Positions 13,066-25,200 of a DNA stretch of 64,000 bases are shown in pieces. The notes beneath the pieces were generated by a model. It was not told where the DNA came from. It saw only the letters and a list, made by a program, of their open reading frames with translations, and made no database searches. The position numbers and the translations under genes were made by a program. The stretch comes from Eimeria praecox (taxonomy: Eukaryota): assembly GCA_963920595.1 (NCBI GenBank), contig OY986947.1:6324001-6388000 (forward strand), given 5' to 3'. The first letter of the stretch is position 1. Each line of letters starts with the position of its first letter.

Positions 13066-13737
13066 ATGATTATATATAAATATAAGTAATGCGTGCTTAT
13101 ATATAGGGGCTCGATATAGCCTGGCGTTCCAACCCCCTCCCGGCTCGCTGACACATGGGCGCCACTCAAATGCTGCGTGCAGACGAACTTCAAAGATTAA
13201 ATGGCCGACGCATATAATCTAAAAGCCTATCAAATACGATTTATGGCTTAAGAAGGGGGAAGAACGGACGAGTTGAGTGTCTCCCCCGGTCCGAAGACCC
13301 AGCGACGCCGACGCAGGGAGGGCAAAAGGCGAACAAAGAGCCGGAAGTTATAAGCCAATATCTGGATTTTGAATTTTTTAATGAATTCAAAATCCAAATC
13401 ATACCAAAACACCGATTTTTTTCGAGAAAAACCCAGATCGGCCGCTGCCGCCGACCCCCACCCCCCCGCATAAACACCCCCCCATCCCATCCTTTTAACG
13501 AAGCCAAAGAAGCGCAAGCGAAGCATCAGAAATCGCACCGTTTATTAATAGTAGTAACTAAAAGTAGATGGCCTTGCTCCTCATTGAATTAAATGGCGTG
13601 TTAAGCTAGGCAAGCATTCCAGAAAAACCGCCGTTTCTCTTCTCGCTCAGGACATATGTACCTCAACAATCTTGATTGAGCTCGTTTTAAGCTTTGCTGA
13701 GTCAAAATTGAAATTACACAGATCCTTTGAAAACCAC

Positions 13738-13738
<1 letters not shown>

Positions 13739-13784
<46 letters not shown>
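13739..13784. repeat. (TA)n microsatellite
   Basis: Direct inspection. Confidence 0.95.
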
Positions 13785-13787
<3 letters not shown>

Positions 13788-15033
13788 CGTCACCGTTTGC
13801 CACCGCCACGTCTCAGCAGCGTTAATCCTTTAGCATCATATGAAACGAATGAGTAGAGGCCACAGCCTTCGTTGGTCACCCTCACATTATTTCCATCATT
13901 ACTAGTATTTGTCTGAAATAATCCAAAAAATAAGTTGCAATAAGGAAGCTAGAATTCCCGAAGATGTAAGGTGAGGCTGAAGGGCTTTCGCCGGTGCTTT
14001 TCACTAGCAGTCCTGCAACGGTTACCCTCGGTCGTAGCCGTGGACCCTTACGAGCTGCAGTAGAGTCAAATGCTTGATGAAAAAGGTCGCGATAGCAGCC
14101 CATTTCCCCTCCAGCCTCCAACCCTCCTGGGCACAGACGTCCAAGGGCCTGGGCTGATGAGGACACGGACAGGACTGCCATGGGTTGCAACGCACCTTCA
14201 CAGCAGCTAGCGCTGTAAGGCAGCCCCACATGCACACGCAGGCGACGCCCCTTTGCGGCATGAGGTAGCACTGTAGACTTTAGTTTAGACTGTCTTCAAA
14301 CACTTGGTCTCCCGCAGTTGAGCACAGGTACGAATACCAGCATCACGCAGAGCATGCTGCAAACCCTTAACAGCCCATATAGCCTGGCCTTTATGAGGCT
14401 GCTATTATTTGTACTTTTACTTGTGTGCAGAAGCCCTTGTGCCCGAGTGCCAAGGAATAGGTGTTCAGTAACAATTATATAGAGACTGCAGGCTTCAAGA
14501 GTGAGTCTGGCAGTACTTGCATGCGGGCTGCCTTCCTGCAAAGGCTGGAACAAGGAGTGGTTAAACACCTGCAAGAAAATACTTTTCTGCTGCCTCCTCA
14601 CATCATCATCTCCAGGCCCTCATGCCGCTATGGCTAAGAGACTTAGAGGCAGGAAGGCAAGCAAAATTGGCTTTTAGGAACTGTATTATCTTAATTATTT
14701 TGACACCTATGCAGCAAGCAACGACGGTCATCTCCATGTTTCCTAGGCCGTCAATTGTAAACCCTAATGAAGCTGACAACTCTCACTACAACCCTGCCAT
14801 CTCATACCCTGAAAGATGTAGGTGCCGTTCTGTTCACAGAGTACACTAAGGATCGCTTCTTATTGCTACAGGCATACTACACACGAAACACAAAATAGAG
14901 ACAAGAAGGAAATATTGTTGGTAAACAACACCACTACCAACAAGTAGCCACCAGCACTCACAGGGTTCCGCAAAGTAGACAAGTATGTCCCTATTTCTGC
15001 GCATAAGCAGCAAATTCATCATGAAATAACCTG

Positions 15034-17244
15034 TCATATCTCATCAGGTTCCTCCTTCTGAGCTGTTGCTGCCCTTCCCGGAGGTTCAGCCAGATTCGCA
15101 GCTGCCGGAGCCGATATCCGTTGCAGCGCTTCCGCAGTAAGAGCAGCAGCAGCAGCAGCAGCGGTTGCATGCTGCGCCAAAGCAGCAGCTGAGAAGCCCT
15201 GGGGGGCCCCTGTGAGACGCCAGCCGCCGCACATAATCTCACAGGAACCCCCAGCAGCCATCCTGATTGCCGAAGGAGGAAATTCTTGAACACTGGCTTT
15301 TTCCTCGTGATTTCCGTCTTTCCCTTCGGATGTTCTAATGCAGTTCAAGGAATAAACTGTAGTGTCCGGGCCATCCAGAAGCCTCCAGTTGGGAGATTGC
15401 TGCGAGAACAGAACGGAGTTGCCTGCACAGCGTTTATTGCCAATTAGAAAGGAGCGCTTTATATCTTTTAGCCGATATTTCCACAATGCACGCACGCGCA
15501 GGTATATGCCTGCCTTTTTGTATGTATATGCATTTGCGTACAGGGCATTCATAGATGCATATATAGGCATATAGAATTATATTGGCGGCATATACATAAT
15601 TCATACACAACTTAGCAACAGAAACCTACAACAATTCAAGCCTTGTCGATATATATGCCTGTATATCTGTGTGCCTGAAGCGGTCTTAAGCCAATTATTT
15701 CTATTAGCTACCTCAGCAGGCCCACTACGACTCATTTTAGCGTTGCCATTTGCGGCAAAGGCAGCGGCACTAACGGCTTTAAAGGTAACTGATATGAGGA
15801 GAGGAGCTTAGATGCATGCAGCTTGCACACACTGGATGCATCTAAATCATGCATACACTTGCCTGACGCTTGATCCAGTCAAAGTCCTTCACTTCGCGCC
15901 AGGCAGCACTGCGCAGCCCCTGAAGCACCCGAAGAAGAACGAGACGCCCTACACCCTAAGCCCTAAACAGTGAACCCTAAAAGCAGCGAAGCGTGAGGCC
16001 ACGGCTGGTGCATCGCGTAGAGTCCTGGATTTTCTTTTCGGTATTGGTGCATTTAAAGCGTCCGTGGCAACCTTGTGCTCCTGTGTAGTGATACCATCGC
16101 AATGAACTATTAAATATGTTGCAGTACTTATCAATACATTTATTGTAGTATCATCAATACATCTACTGAAGCATTGCCAATACGTCTGTTACAGTACTTC
16201 GTAGCGGTGCATTACTACTCTCAAGCGCTTGCAGTTGGAAAGCCCCCGCTAGAGGGTGGATGCCTCCTCTACTTAGCGCAGCTGATTACTAAAATACAAG
16301 ATATTCTCGGTTTAGTTCAGCTAACTAGTAACCGAACTCCCTACAGGCTGAACAGTGACGCCATCAGTACACAAACTGCAGAAAGACGGCGCAAAAACGG
16401 CTTCTGTTGTCCTGAAGATTGCACAGAAACAATGAAATTCACCGTGAGTAATATGCTGCTCTTTGGCATAATATTATGCTTTCCTGGCATTCGCTTGAAC
16501 ACTGTTTTCTTGGTGCGATCATTCGCTAGCATTCTGGTACGTTGTTTTGTTTTAATAGTTCCATCCGCTGCATTTGCTTATGTACCGTTCTTTGTTCTAA
16601 TATTAAGATATGTGGGCACATTTAGGTTTTCGACTAAACTTTATAGCATGTCGGCATCTTCATATGCTTTTTGTTTCAGTATTGCCACTTGTCGGTATGC
16701 TCTTATGCAGTGTTCTTTGCTTTAATAGTGGCATTTGCTGGCACATTCCTATTGTGTCTTGCTGTAACACTGCCTGTTGCTGCATTTGGTTATGCTCTCA
16801 CCCCTCTATGATCGGTGAAGAGGCGGTAGCTGCGAAGAAGCTGACGTCCATACAATCATGCACGCGCAGCTGAGGCGAAGCAACATTGAGGCAAGAACAA
16901 AGCAGAATAAGCTGGTGATATAATTCACGCATTCGCTCTGCATTTCATTCAATTTAATACATTTTCCAACTAGCTGTGTCAGGCAAACCGATGGACTGTT
17001 GCGCACCCTGTTGCGCGCTCTACAATTCTGCATTCTGCACAGTACACACTGAGCAGACATATGTACACGCAATAAGTATTGTAAAACTGGCATGCATCCA
17101 CCGGCGTATGCGTATATTTGTACAATCTCTATGCTGTACGTGTATGTGCATACCCTGCCTTCAGGTGGAAGGAATTTGTACTTATCCGCAACGCAAAAAA
17201 ACATATATATATCTATATCTATATCTATCTATCTACCTATCTAC

Positions 17245-17280
<36 letters not shown>

Positions 17281-19167
17281 ATATATATATATATAGATAG
17301 ATAGATAGGTAGATATAGATATAGATATAGATATAGATATAGATATAGATATAGATATAGATATAGATACATATAGATATATATTCGTATTTACCTGCTG
17401 CGCATGGACGGCGAAGAGGCATTTGCTGCAATTATCAATCCAAACTGCGCTGCCGACTTCGAGGAGCCTAAGAAGACAAATGCGGGAGAAGGAAGAAGAG
17501 TATGACTTGTCCGCGTTAACTTTCACTTCTTGCTTGCGTTCGGCTTCTGCAAATCCCTTTTCTGTTTGTCGGACCCAAAGCAGCTACAGAGGAAGGTCGA
17601 GTTCCCATGCTCACGCTATCGCTGAGTTGCGGAGGCCCTGAAGCCTCGCGGAAGGAATTCTGTCCAAAATATAAACTGTGCAAGCATCCTACAAGCAGAA
17701 CAGCGCACAGCGCCACGTGCTGAGGTGTGTGTACAACGCAATTATACGTACGCCATTCTACGCGGCACGGCGTGTGCCGAATAAAAACACAACTTGAAGC
17801 AAAATACCAGCAGCGACCAACGAAAGCGGAAAAACAGAAGAAGCAACACAGAAGTGCAACGGAGAAAGTACACAGACGAGAACGGAGGTGAAAGGGGAAG
17901 CACACAAATGCAAATATAGCCCGTATGCACCCCTTACCAAATTCTTCAGCCAAAGTTCCCTTCCACTAGCTACTCCCGGGCCCACGAAAAGCCTGAATGC
18001 AAGCAGCCGCAGCTTCCCTCAGCACGCATGCATGCACCCATGTAGGAGGCAAGCACGCATGCATGCAGCGGGTGCCCCTGCACAAGTGGTTGCAAGCATG
18101 CGGCATCTTCGTTCGCATGCACACGCGGTATGGTGCACTTTGCCTTAATTCACTACGTGCACAACCGCGTGCCGCCCCTCAACAGCAAGTAGACGGACAC
18201 CCTTTGGGATATGCCGGAGATAAGCAGAACATTGGCGGGGGCCTCCGTCTCTGCTTTGGCTGCAGCGGATTTTGCTAGTTTTGTCTCCTCTCCGCGATGT
18301 GCGCCCTTATCCTCTGTTTCAGATGCAGCAGAACTTGCAGTCTGAGGGGCGTCTCGAGTTAATGCTGCAGCGGGTTCTGCTTTGGGAGCAGCGGCAGCAC
18401 TTTTTGCTACAGTGCGTTTGAAAGAAAAGGGACGAGACAGCGACTTTTGCTGGTAATGCGCAGCCAGCAGATCGGAGGCGCGCGACAGGATCTGCAGCAG
18501 CAAACAGCGGCAATGGAAGAATTGCAAGCATACAATTTCAGGTGTATGCACATCGTGCTGTTTGGAGTGCATGCTGTGGCCTACCCGTTCTTGCTGGGCA
18601 AGGACTGCCTCGGGTACTTCGCCAGAAACACGCAGCTCACTAATCGTTGCCTTGTTTGCCGCAATGCGTTGATGGAGTTCTGTTGCATTCAAGTCTTCAG
18701 CATTTCCCCCCACAACTGCTCCAACCTGCCGTTGGGTTTCTGAAGAAATGCATAGAGGGGAAGATGCTTACAAAGAAGTGCATACACACAAGTAAGCAGC
18801 GAAAGAGGCGCATACAGAGGAGGATGCAAAAAGGCGAAATAAGGGTAGATCCGCCTACAATCCCGAAGTGGGGTCAGACTGGGCCTTAATGGTCCGACTG
18901 TTCTGTGTGTACCCATGTAGTCAAGCAGGGTAGCGCAGACAGCAAAAATGCATCAGCAGCAGAATATCAATGCGTTTATCCTGATATGCATAAACAAATA
19001 TATAGATATGAGGACGAAAGCACGCAGAGCGCGGAGAGGGGGCAGGAAGCAGCGCCTGGTGTCGGGTTCATAGATAAGTGAAAGGGGGAATCAAAGAAGC
19101 GGAGAGTTTCTTCACCTCTGATGCAAGCTTCAAGTTCCGTTGCTTTCTCTTTGGCAGTTTGTTTCAT
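15034..19167 (-). CDS. TBCC: Tubulin-specific chaperone C (tubulin-folding cofactor C), 10 exons, about 419 aa
   Basis: The spliced product has TBCC-type motifs PFSFKR, GSAVWIDNCSKCLFAVHAQQ|LRVHDC, SSPIIEG, VFAP, WREVKDFDWIKRQ|QSPNW and ends in DEI*. Phase-consistent exons: 19167-19116, 18739-18585, 18491-18199, 17992-17938, 17688-17615, 17467-17395, 16869-16802, 16411-16345, 15919-15863, 15399-15034. The start codon has an aaaATG context. Confidence 0.88.
15949..15982. repeat. Interstitial telomere-like (AAACCCT-type) heptamers; similar patches at about 3158-3187, 20461-20486 and 26043-26053
   Basis: acaccctaagccctaaacagtgaaccctaaa; gaccctaaaccctaaactcc. Confidence 0.7.
17203..17384. repeat. 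Compound (TATC)n/(TA)n/(TATAGA)n microsatellite in a TBCC intron
   Basis: Direct inspection. Confidence 0.95.
18020..18122. promoter_or_regulatory. Cluster of TGCATGCA/GCATGC palindromes (an ApiAP2-type motif in apicomplexans) in a TBCC intron
   Basis: gcatgcatgca at about 18026 and 18057, plus gcatgc at about 18096 and 18115. The octamer also recurs at about 167, 1668, 8721, 10143, 12149 and 15813. Function here is not demonstrated. Confidence 0.4.
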
Positions 19168-20191
19168 TTTGAGTTGGAAACAAGCAGGTCAGTCATTTAA
19201 CACGATGCAGGTGCGGTGTCTGAGCGGTCGAAACAAGCAAAAGCCTCCTCTTCCCATCTGAATATTCCAATTACTCATGCAAATACGTCAGCAAGAATGT
19301 GAGGAAATCCACGCAGGAAACAAACAAACGCATATTTCTGTTTGCCAGTCACTCAGGATGGCAGGCGGGTGCCTCGGAGAGGCGATGAAATCTTCGTCTC
19401 GATTTGCTTAAAGATGCTTGCTGAGTCCTTAGTAGGCGAGCAAAACGAAAGACTGAGTAAAAAGTATAAATATATTCATCGATCTGCACTTGTAACCAAA
19501 TGTATGGTGTATATACGCCTCGAGGGCGCAGCCGACGGAACCCAGCTCAGCGCCGACGGGTCTCAAAGCTCCTGCTTTGAAAGGTCTCATAATGGGCCTC
19601 AGCATTCCTTTGAATATTCAACAAGCCTCATTAATCCTTATTATACTAATTACTGAAGAAATATAGCTAACAAAAGCGGCCATAAAACCTGCAGCAACGC
19701 CCCCCCCAACCCATCATCTACAGCTACTCCAGCTGCGTTACCCAATTCGTTCCGGCCATGTTCTGCTCCCCTAAGCGTCTACGTATTTGACTTTTGCTGA
19801 TTGCATGGGCGTAAAACGTAGGCTTATTCGCGTTCGTCGCGCTTACTAGTTTACACAACCCGATGAAGGGGGCGAAAGCTTCCCTAACTACCCACACTCA
19901 AGCAACCCTCCTACTGGCAACTCAGACTAGTATCCTCATACATTTTTTGAGTATATTCGATCAGCAGATTCGGCTTTCAACGATCGAAAGCTTGTCCTCA
20001 GGTGTCTGCCAACAACCACTTCAGCAGTCTACGTGTATCTATGGTAGCCAGTGTTGAGCACTGCCTGTGCTGTGCTTCCTGAAACAGTAGTTGAGAGGTT
20101 CTAAATAAAAAGAATATACAAAGGCAATACCTTGGAACACTAGTCTCAGGGTATTGCCTTTCCGTTCGTTTCTTGCTTAACATGCAGCTGT

Positions 20192-20614
20192 CTATTTCCT
20201 ACCCTTTTTCCCTGCGAGTTTGCCGGCGTGTTTGAATGTGTCTCGGAGATGCTTTCTTCTGGCCTTTTGTGCTTTGAGCTTTGACCGCGCGCGCGAAGCT
20301 TGTTGAATCGAGCCCTGATAATCAATGTGACTACTAACTCCTAGCGTCTTCTCTTCCTCACGCCGTTTGCGTATTGCCGCCACTGTCGCCTTCTGCCATG
20401 CCCTAAGCTCCGGAAGAGGCATCTTCTGTGTCTTCCCAGCAGCTGCAGCCAAACAAACCAGACCCTAAACCCTAAACTCCAAAACCGAGGAGCAAGGGTT
20501 CTGTCCCCCATTTAGGGTACAAGTGTTCGAGGACCACGAATTATGTGCATCTTATTAAATGTTAAGTATGTATATATGTATGTATGTATGCATCTATCTA
20601 TCTATCTATCTATC

Positions 20615-20663
<49 letters not shown>

Positions 20664-21929
20664 CCAGTGCACGTACCAATGCCCATGGCTCTCAAAGCTG
20701 TCGTTAAGAACTGGCGACGCTGAAACCTCCCGAGGTGGGGATACACTGAAGGGCAGACGCAGCAAACAACGGCCAGCAAATACTGCAGCATATCTAAGAG
20801 AAGCTCGAACACGCACGCCCAACTCCCCCCTTGCACTCACTGGTGTGGCAGCAAGCACTTAAAAAAAAGGCTGCGCTTAAGAGTTCGGGCTTCACTGCCT
20901 CATTGCCAGATTCCTCTTACCGATGTTGCGGATGTCTTTTACGGCTTCATCGAATTCCTTGCGGGCTTCTTGTGCTGCAGTTCGCTCTTTTTCTCTGCTG
21001 CCCCTGCTGCTGCTGCTGTCTGTGTGTGTGCTGCTGTCTGTGTGTTCATAAGGTGTTTCTTTGAGGTTTTTCTGGGGTCCTGCTGCAGCAAAGGGGAGGT
21101 CCCCCATCTTTTTCAGCAGCTGCAGTGAGCCCGATGCCAACCCTGCCCCTTCTCCTGCAGTTTGTTTGGTCTCTGCTGCTTCATCACGCGCAGCAGCAAC
21201 AGCAGTTGCTCTTGCTCCTACTGGATATGATGCTGTTTGCATGCGCATGCGCATGCAACTCCATCTACCCAGTCCTTTGGTCTTGTATTTCCTAGCGGCG
21301 TCTCCTGATTGGGGCTGCTGGCGCCTAGTCCTCAAGCCTATAACATCTTTTAACCCCACTTCATCTGTGCCGGCTTCCAGATGCTGCTGCTGCCTAAGCG
21401 GGGCCCTCACGCTGACAGACAGCGGCGGGGTGGGGATTTTACCTGCCTCGTTCGGGTGAAGTTCCGACGACTGCTTGGTATCCTTCCCCTTCTTTCTTGT
21501 TGCTCTTGTCTCTGTCGTCTTCCTTAACTTGCCGATTTTTTGGTCCTGGTGTCTGTCTGCGTCGCTGGCTTTGCCTGTTTCTCCTTCGGCTTCTTTTGGA
21601 GGGTTTTCCCCCTTAGAGTTTGGGGTTCCACAGGCGTAGTTATTCTGCCTAATACTCCCCTTTTGGTTGTTGTTTGAGCCCTTATTTGAAAGGCTGTCAT
21701 CATCACTATCGCTCCACATGCCTTTGCAGTGCTGTCGCATCAGTTCCTGGACTACTAGGGGGCAGAGGCCCCCATTTTCTGTTTCTGCTGTCTCCCTTTT
21801 TGAGGCTTTTTTTTCCTTCTTCGTCTTAGCAGAGCCCTCCTTCGCCCCCGTTTTGGACGTGGTTTTTATGCAAACACCGAAAGTCCCTCTCTCAGGTGGC
21901 GAAGAAGCCGCCTCCCTCCCCTTTGCCAT
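20192..21929 (-). CDS. Basic, lysine-rich protein, probable Faf1/DUF4602-like 40S ribosome biogenesis factor, 3 exons
   Basis: Exons 21929-20921, 20745-20677 and 20442-20192 have canonical GT-AG junctions, both phase 1. The C-terminal region KEFDEAVKDIRNIVYPHLGRFQRRQFLTTALRAMGIAAGKTQKMPLPELRAWQKATVAAIRKRREEEKTLGV resembles the Faf1-type 'K.P....G......RR..EA...G' segment (recalled by eye, not searched). The 3' end could extend through a further small exon near 20078-20029. Confidence 0.6.
20567..20663. repeat. Compound (TATG)n/(TATC)n/(TA)n/(GA)n microsatellite
   Basis: Direct inspection. Confidence 0.95.
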
Positions 21930-22228
21930 TGCCGTTGAAGGATAGGTATGCAAGCGGTAACAGGCAGCATGGAAGGGGAGTTTTGCGCGCCTCCCATCAC
22001 TGCCACATTGATGCAAGATGCATCAAAAATGAATTTTAAAGGATTTTTACGTACGTCTTTCCGCAGTAATTTTAGCCCTTACATCAGCACAAGCTGCAGA
22101 AGCGGGGGCCCCGCTTGAAGGGCACATTGGGGCCCTCTTGGATCGATGCGCCTCGAGATCTTCTAGAGGGCCTTTGCCCGTCTGTTCGCTCGTTAATTTA
22201 CCTCATCGTTTGGCAACTATATACTTTA

Positions 22229-25200
22229 ATGCAGTATGTGAGAAGTGTCGACTGCACACTGCGAGGGCCCCGCTTTGCTGGGATGTCGGTGGCTGTAAGG
22301 GAGAGGGCGCTGCTCACAGCCAATGTTTGTTTTCATTCCTTCAAAGCTCACTTGGTGAAGCACAATGGGGACAGCGGCATTTGCTGCTCCTCCCCGAGGT
22401 TAACGGTTTTAGAGAATATTTCGAGATATGGTAGTGGTTCTTACATACACAGAAATCGGCCAACGCGTCTTCCGTACACCTCGTTTTTAGGCTGCAGAAA
22501 CCTCCACAACACGGTTGCTGAAGATGCAGTGGCTTCTCATGCTACGATTTCGAGAGAGTGCTTTTCTGAGGCGCCTTCCCTGCGAGCGCCCGATTCTCGA
22601 CATTGTGGGGAGCATTCACCATCGCTCATGGGTAGAAGCAGCTTCCCTGTACATACGCCAGAAGATGCTGTCAAACTGCTGCACTTAGTAGAAGCACAGC
22701 AACACACTGCAGTCAGCCGACTGAAGGATGCAGCGACACAAGCAGCAGCGGCGGCAGCAGCAGCGGCGACAACAGCAGCTGCGTCAGCAGCTGTGGCTCA
22801 AGCTCGGGCCGCCCTTGCGGTTGTTCGTCGCCTGGGGGGCCTCCGAGCACATCTGCAGCGAACATCTGTGAGACTGCAGCGGCTGCAGCAGCAGCACCAG
22901 CACCAGCACCAGCAACACCAGCAATTTGCAAACAGCACGCCAAAGGGGGGAAGTGCTCTGACGTTTGGTGCCCTTACTGATACCGCCTGCTCTCTGCCTC
23001 CCACCCTAGCTGCGCAGTTGCGAGCTGGTGTAGATTGCTTGCAAACTGCAGCAAGGGTCTCTCCCCTTCGCGACCTTTTGCTGCTGTGCTGCGACCTCAC
23101 GCAGCTGTGCTGCTGTCCGCCTTCTCTGGGATCTGAAGCACTGCACCGTCTGCTGCAGCTGCTTCAGCAGGTGCAGCGGCCACAAGAGCCGCCGGAGCTT
23201 CGTGCACAGGAGGCGGCGCTGGGGCTGCAACTGGCTGCTTTGCTGGTGCAGCAGAATGCAGCTGAGGTAGCTGCAGCTGCCGGAGGGCAGCAAACGCTCT
23301 CAGTATTAGGAAGTTGCATAGGCAGGCAGCAGGCTTCCATAGCTTCAGCTCCGGCATCTGCCGATGCTTCATCTTCTGTCGATATCCCTAAGGAACACTC
23401 TAAGAGCTCATTACAAGAGCACCATGGGGCACCTGAAGCTGGAGTGCGAGAGCAAGGGGCCATGCTGCAGCTCTCTCTGCTGGTGAGTATGCAGCTGCTG
23501 GAGTTGCTGGCCCATAGAAAAGACATGAGGCGGGATTTGACTCTACGAACTTGTGTGCATACCGCTCAAGCCTGCGCGCTGCTAGCTAGCCAGGAAGGCA
23601 TCATGCGCTACATGACGCTCCAGCAGGAGGCCCCGGAGGTGTTTGCTGCGGCTGTCCACCTGCAGCTCTCTTCAGCGTTCACCGCAGCGCATGCACGTCG
23701 GATTGCAAGCACTGCTTTGGGGCTTACTTCCAAGCAAGAGGCTTTGCATGCGTTGGCGGAATCCTCGTCAGCCTTACTTTCTCAGCCATCCAGGGTTGCA
23801 ATCTCAGCTCGTTCGTCGGACGCTGCAGAAGTGCCCTGCGGGGCCTCCGTACCCTCTGGGCCCTTTCAGCAGCTACGTGCGACAGCAGACTACGATGCCG
23901 CAAGCAGACTCTCAGCAGCAGCCTTGCTGCGCCGCATTCAGCAGGTTCTGGCTCCCCGGCTATCAGCTCTCCTCCTAGTAGAGGCAGCAAGACGCCGGGT
24001 GCTACCAGGGGCTGGGGCTCAACAGCAGATGCCCCATGAGGAATGCNNNNNNNNNNNNNNNNNNNNNNNNNNNNNNNNNNNNNNNNNNNNNNNNNNNNNN
24101 NNNNNNNNNNNNNNNNNNNNNNNNNNNNNNNNNNNNNNNNNNNNNNNNNNNNNNNNNNNNNNNNNNNNNNNNNNNNNNNNNNNNNNNNNNNNNNNNNNNN
24201 NNNNNNNNNNNNNNNNNNNNNNNNNNNNNNNNNNNNNNNNNNNNNNGCCCCATGAGGAATGCGGATGGACAAATCGCCTTCTGGGAGCTGCGATGTCTGC
24301 AGCCGTCAGAGCAACCCCAACTTACGCTACCCGCAAAAAGCTAGTCCTGCTGCTGCTCCACCGCCTGAAGCAGCAACGCGAACAGCAACAGGAGCAGCAG
24401 CAGCAGGCATGGAGCCACGGTGATGGTTGGCTAATGGCGATTCTCCAAGAGATATGTGAAGTGTCTGCTTTTCACGAACAGCATCGCCTTGCGTTAAGCA
24501 ACTCTAAGGCTGTTAGGATGAGCCCGGCAGCTCTCGCCTCAGTGTGCCGCTCGCTTGCGGTTGCAGGCCTCAGCGTGAACAAGGGGGGGCTCAGTTTTCT
24601 CTTTGAGCAAATTTCCATTTCCCTTTTCGGGTGTACAGGTTTTGACGAGATGCCAAGCCACAGGATTCCGCCTTTGGCTGGAGAAGTCGAAGGAGGAGAT
24701 GACAAGGACAGCAGAGCTGCCGATGCACCCGCCTTAGCAACGGCTGCGCCTTTTGCCGATGGCTGGAGTGTAGCAGCTTCTACGAAGCCTGCTGCTAACA
24801 GCTGCCCTGCAGCAGCATCAGCTGCTGTGGCTGAGACCGTCGCTGCTTACGGAAGCTGGTGCACTGTGTTTTGGGCCACCGCAAAGATCCTCAAAGCCTC
24901 GTGTGACTCTGTACAGCCAAGCGGCAGTTCGGATCTTAAGCTGCAGCGACTGTTTGTGCGGAAGATGCTGGAGTCCCTAGTGGAAAACATTGCAGCTGCG
25001 GAGCCAGGAGAAGCAGCGCAGATCGCCGAAGGCCTCCGTCTGCTGTTGCTGCTTGGCCTGAAGGCAGAAACACATGCTTCGCGGAATAAGGAAAGCTGGG
25101 AGGAGCGCAGGCGTCCTCTGGTGCTGCGCCAACGACTCGTTCGGGCTGAGCTGCTGTTGAAGGCAGTGCAGGGGATCACCAGCCACTTCGTGGAACATCA

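Noticed and set aside
13882..14849. ORFs between SMC2 and TBCC
   Set aside because: No recognisable motifs or consistent exon chain. More likely TBCC 3' UTR or intergenic DNA.
16806..17204. LRVHMSAQC as the TBCC 'LRIH' exon
   Set aside because: It has no AG acceptor. The exon at 16869-16802 (LRVHDC...SSPIIEG) fits both splice signals and the motif.
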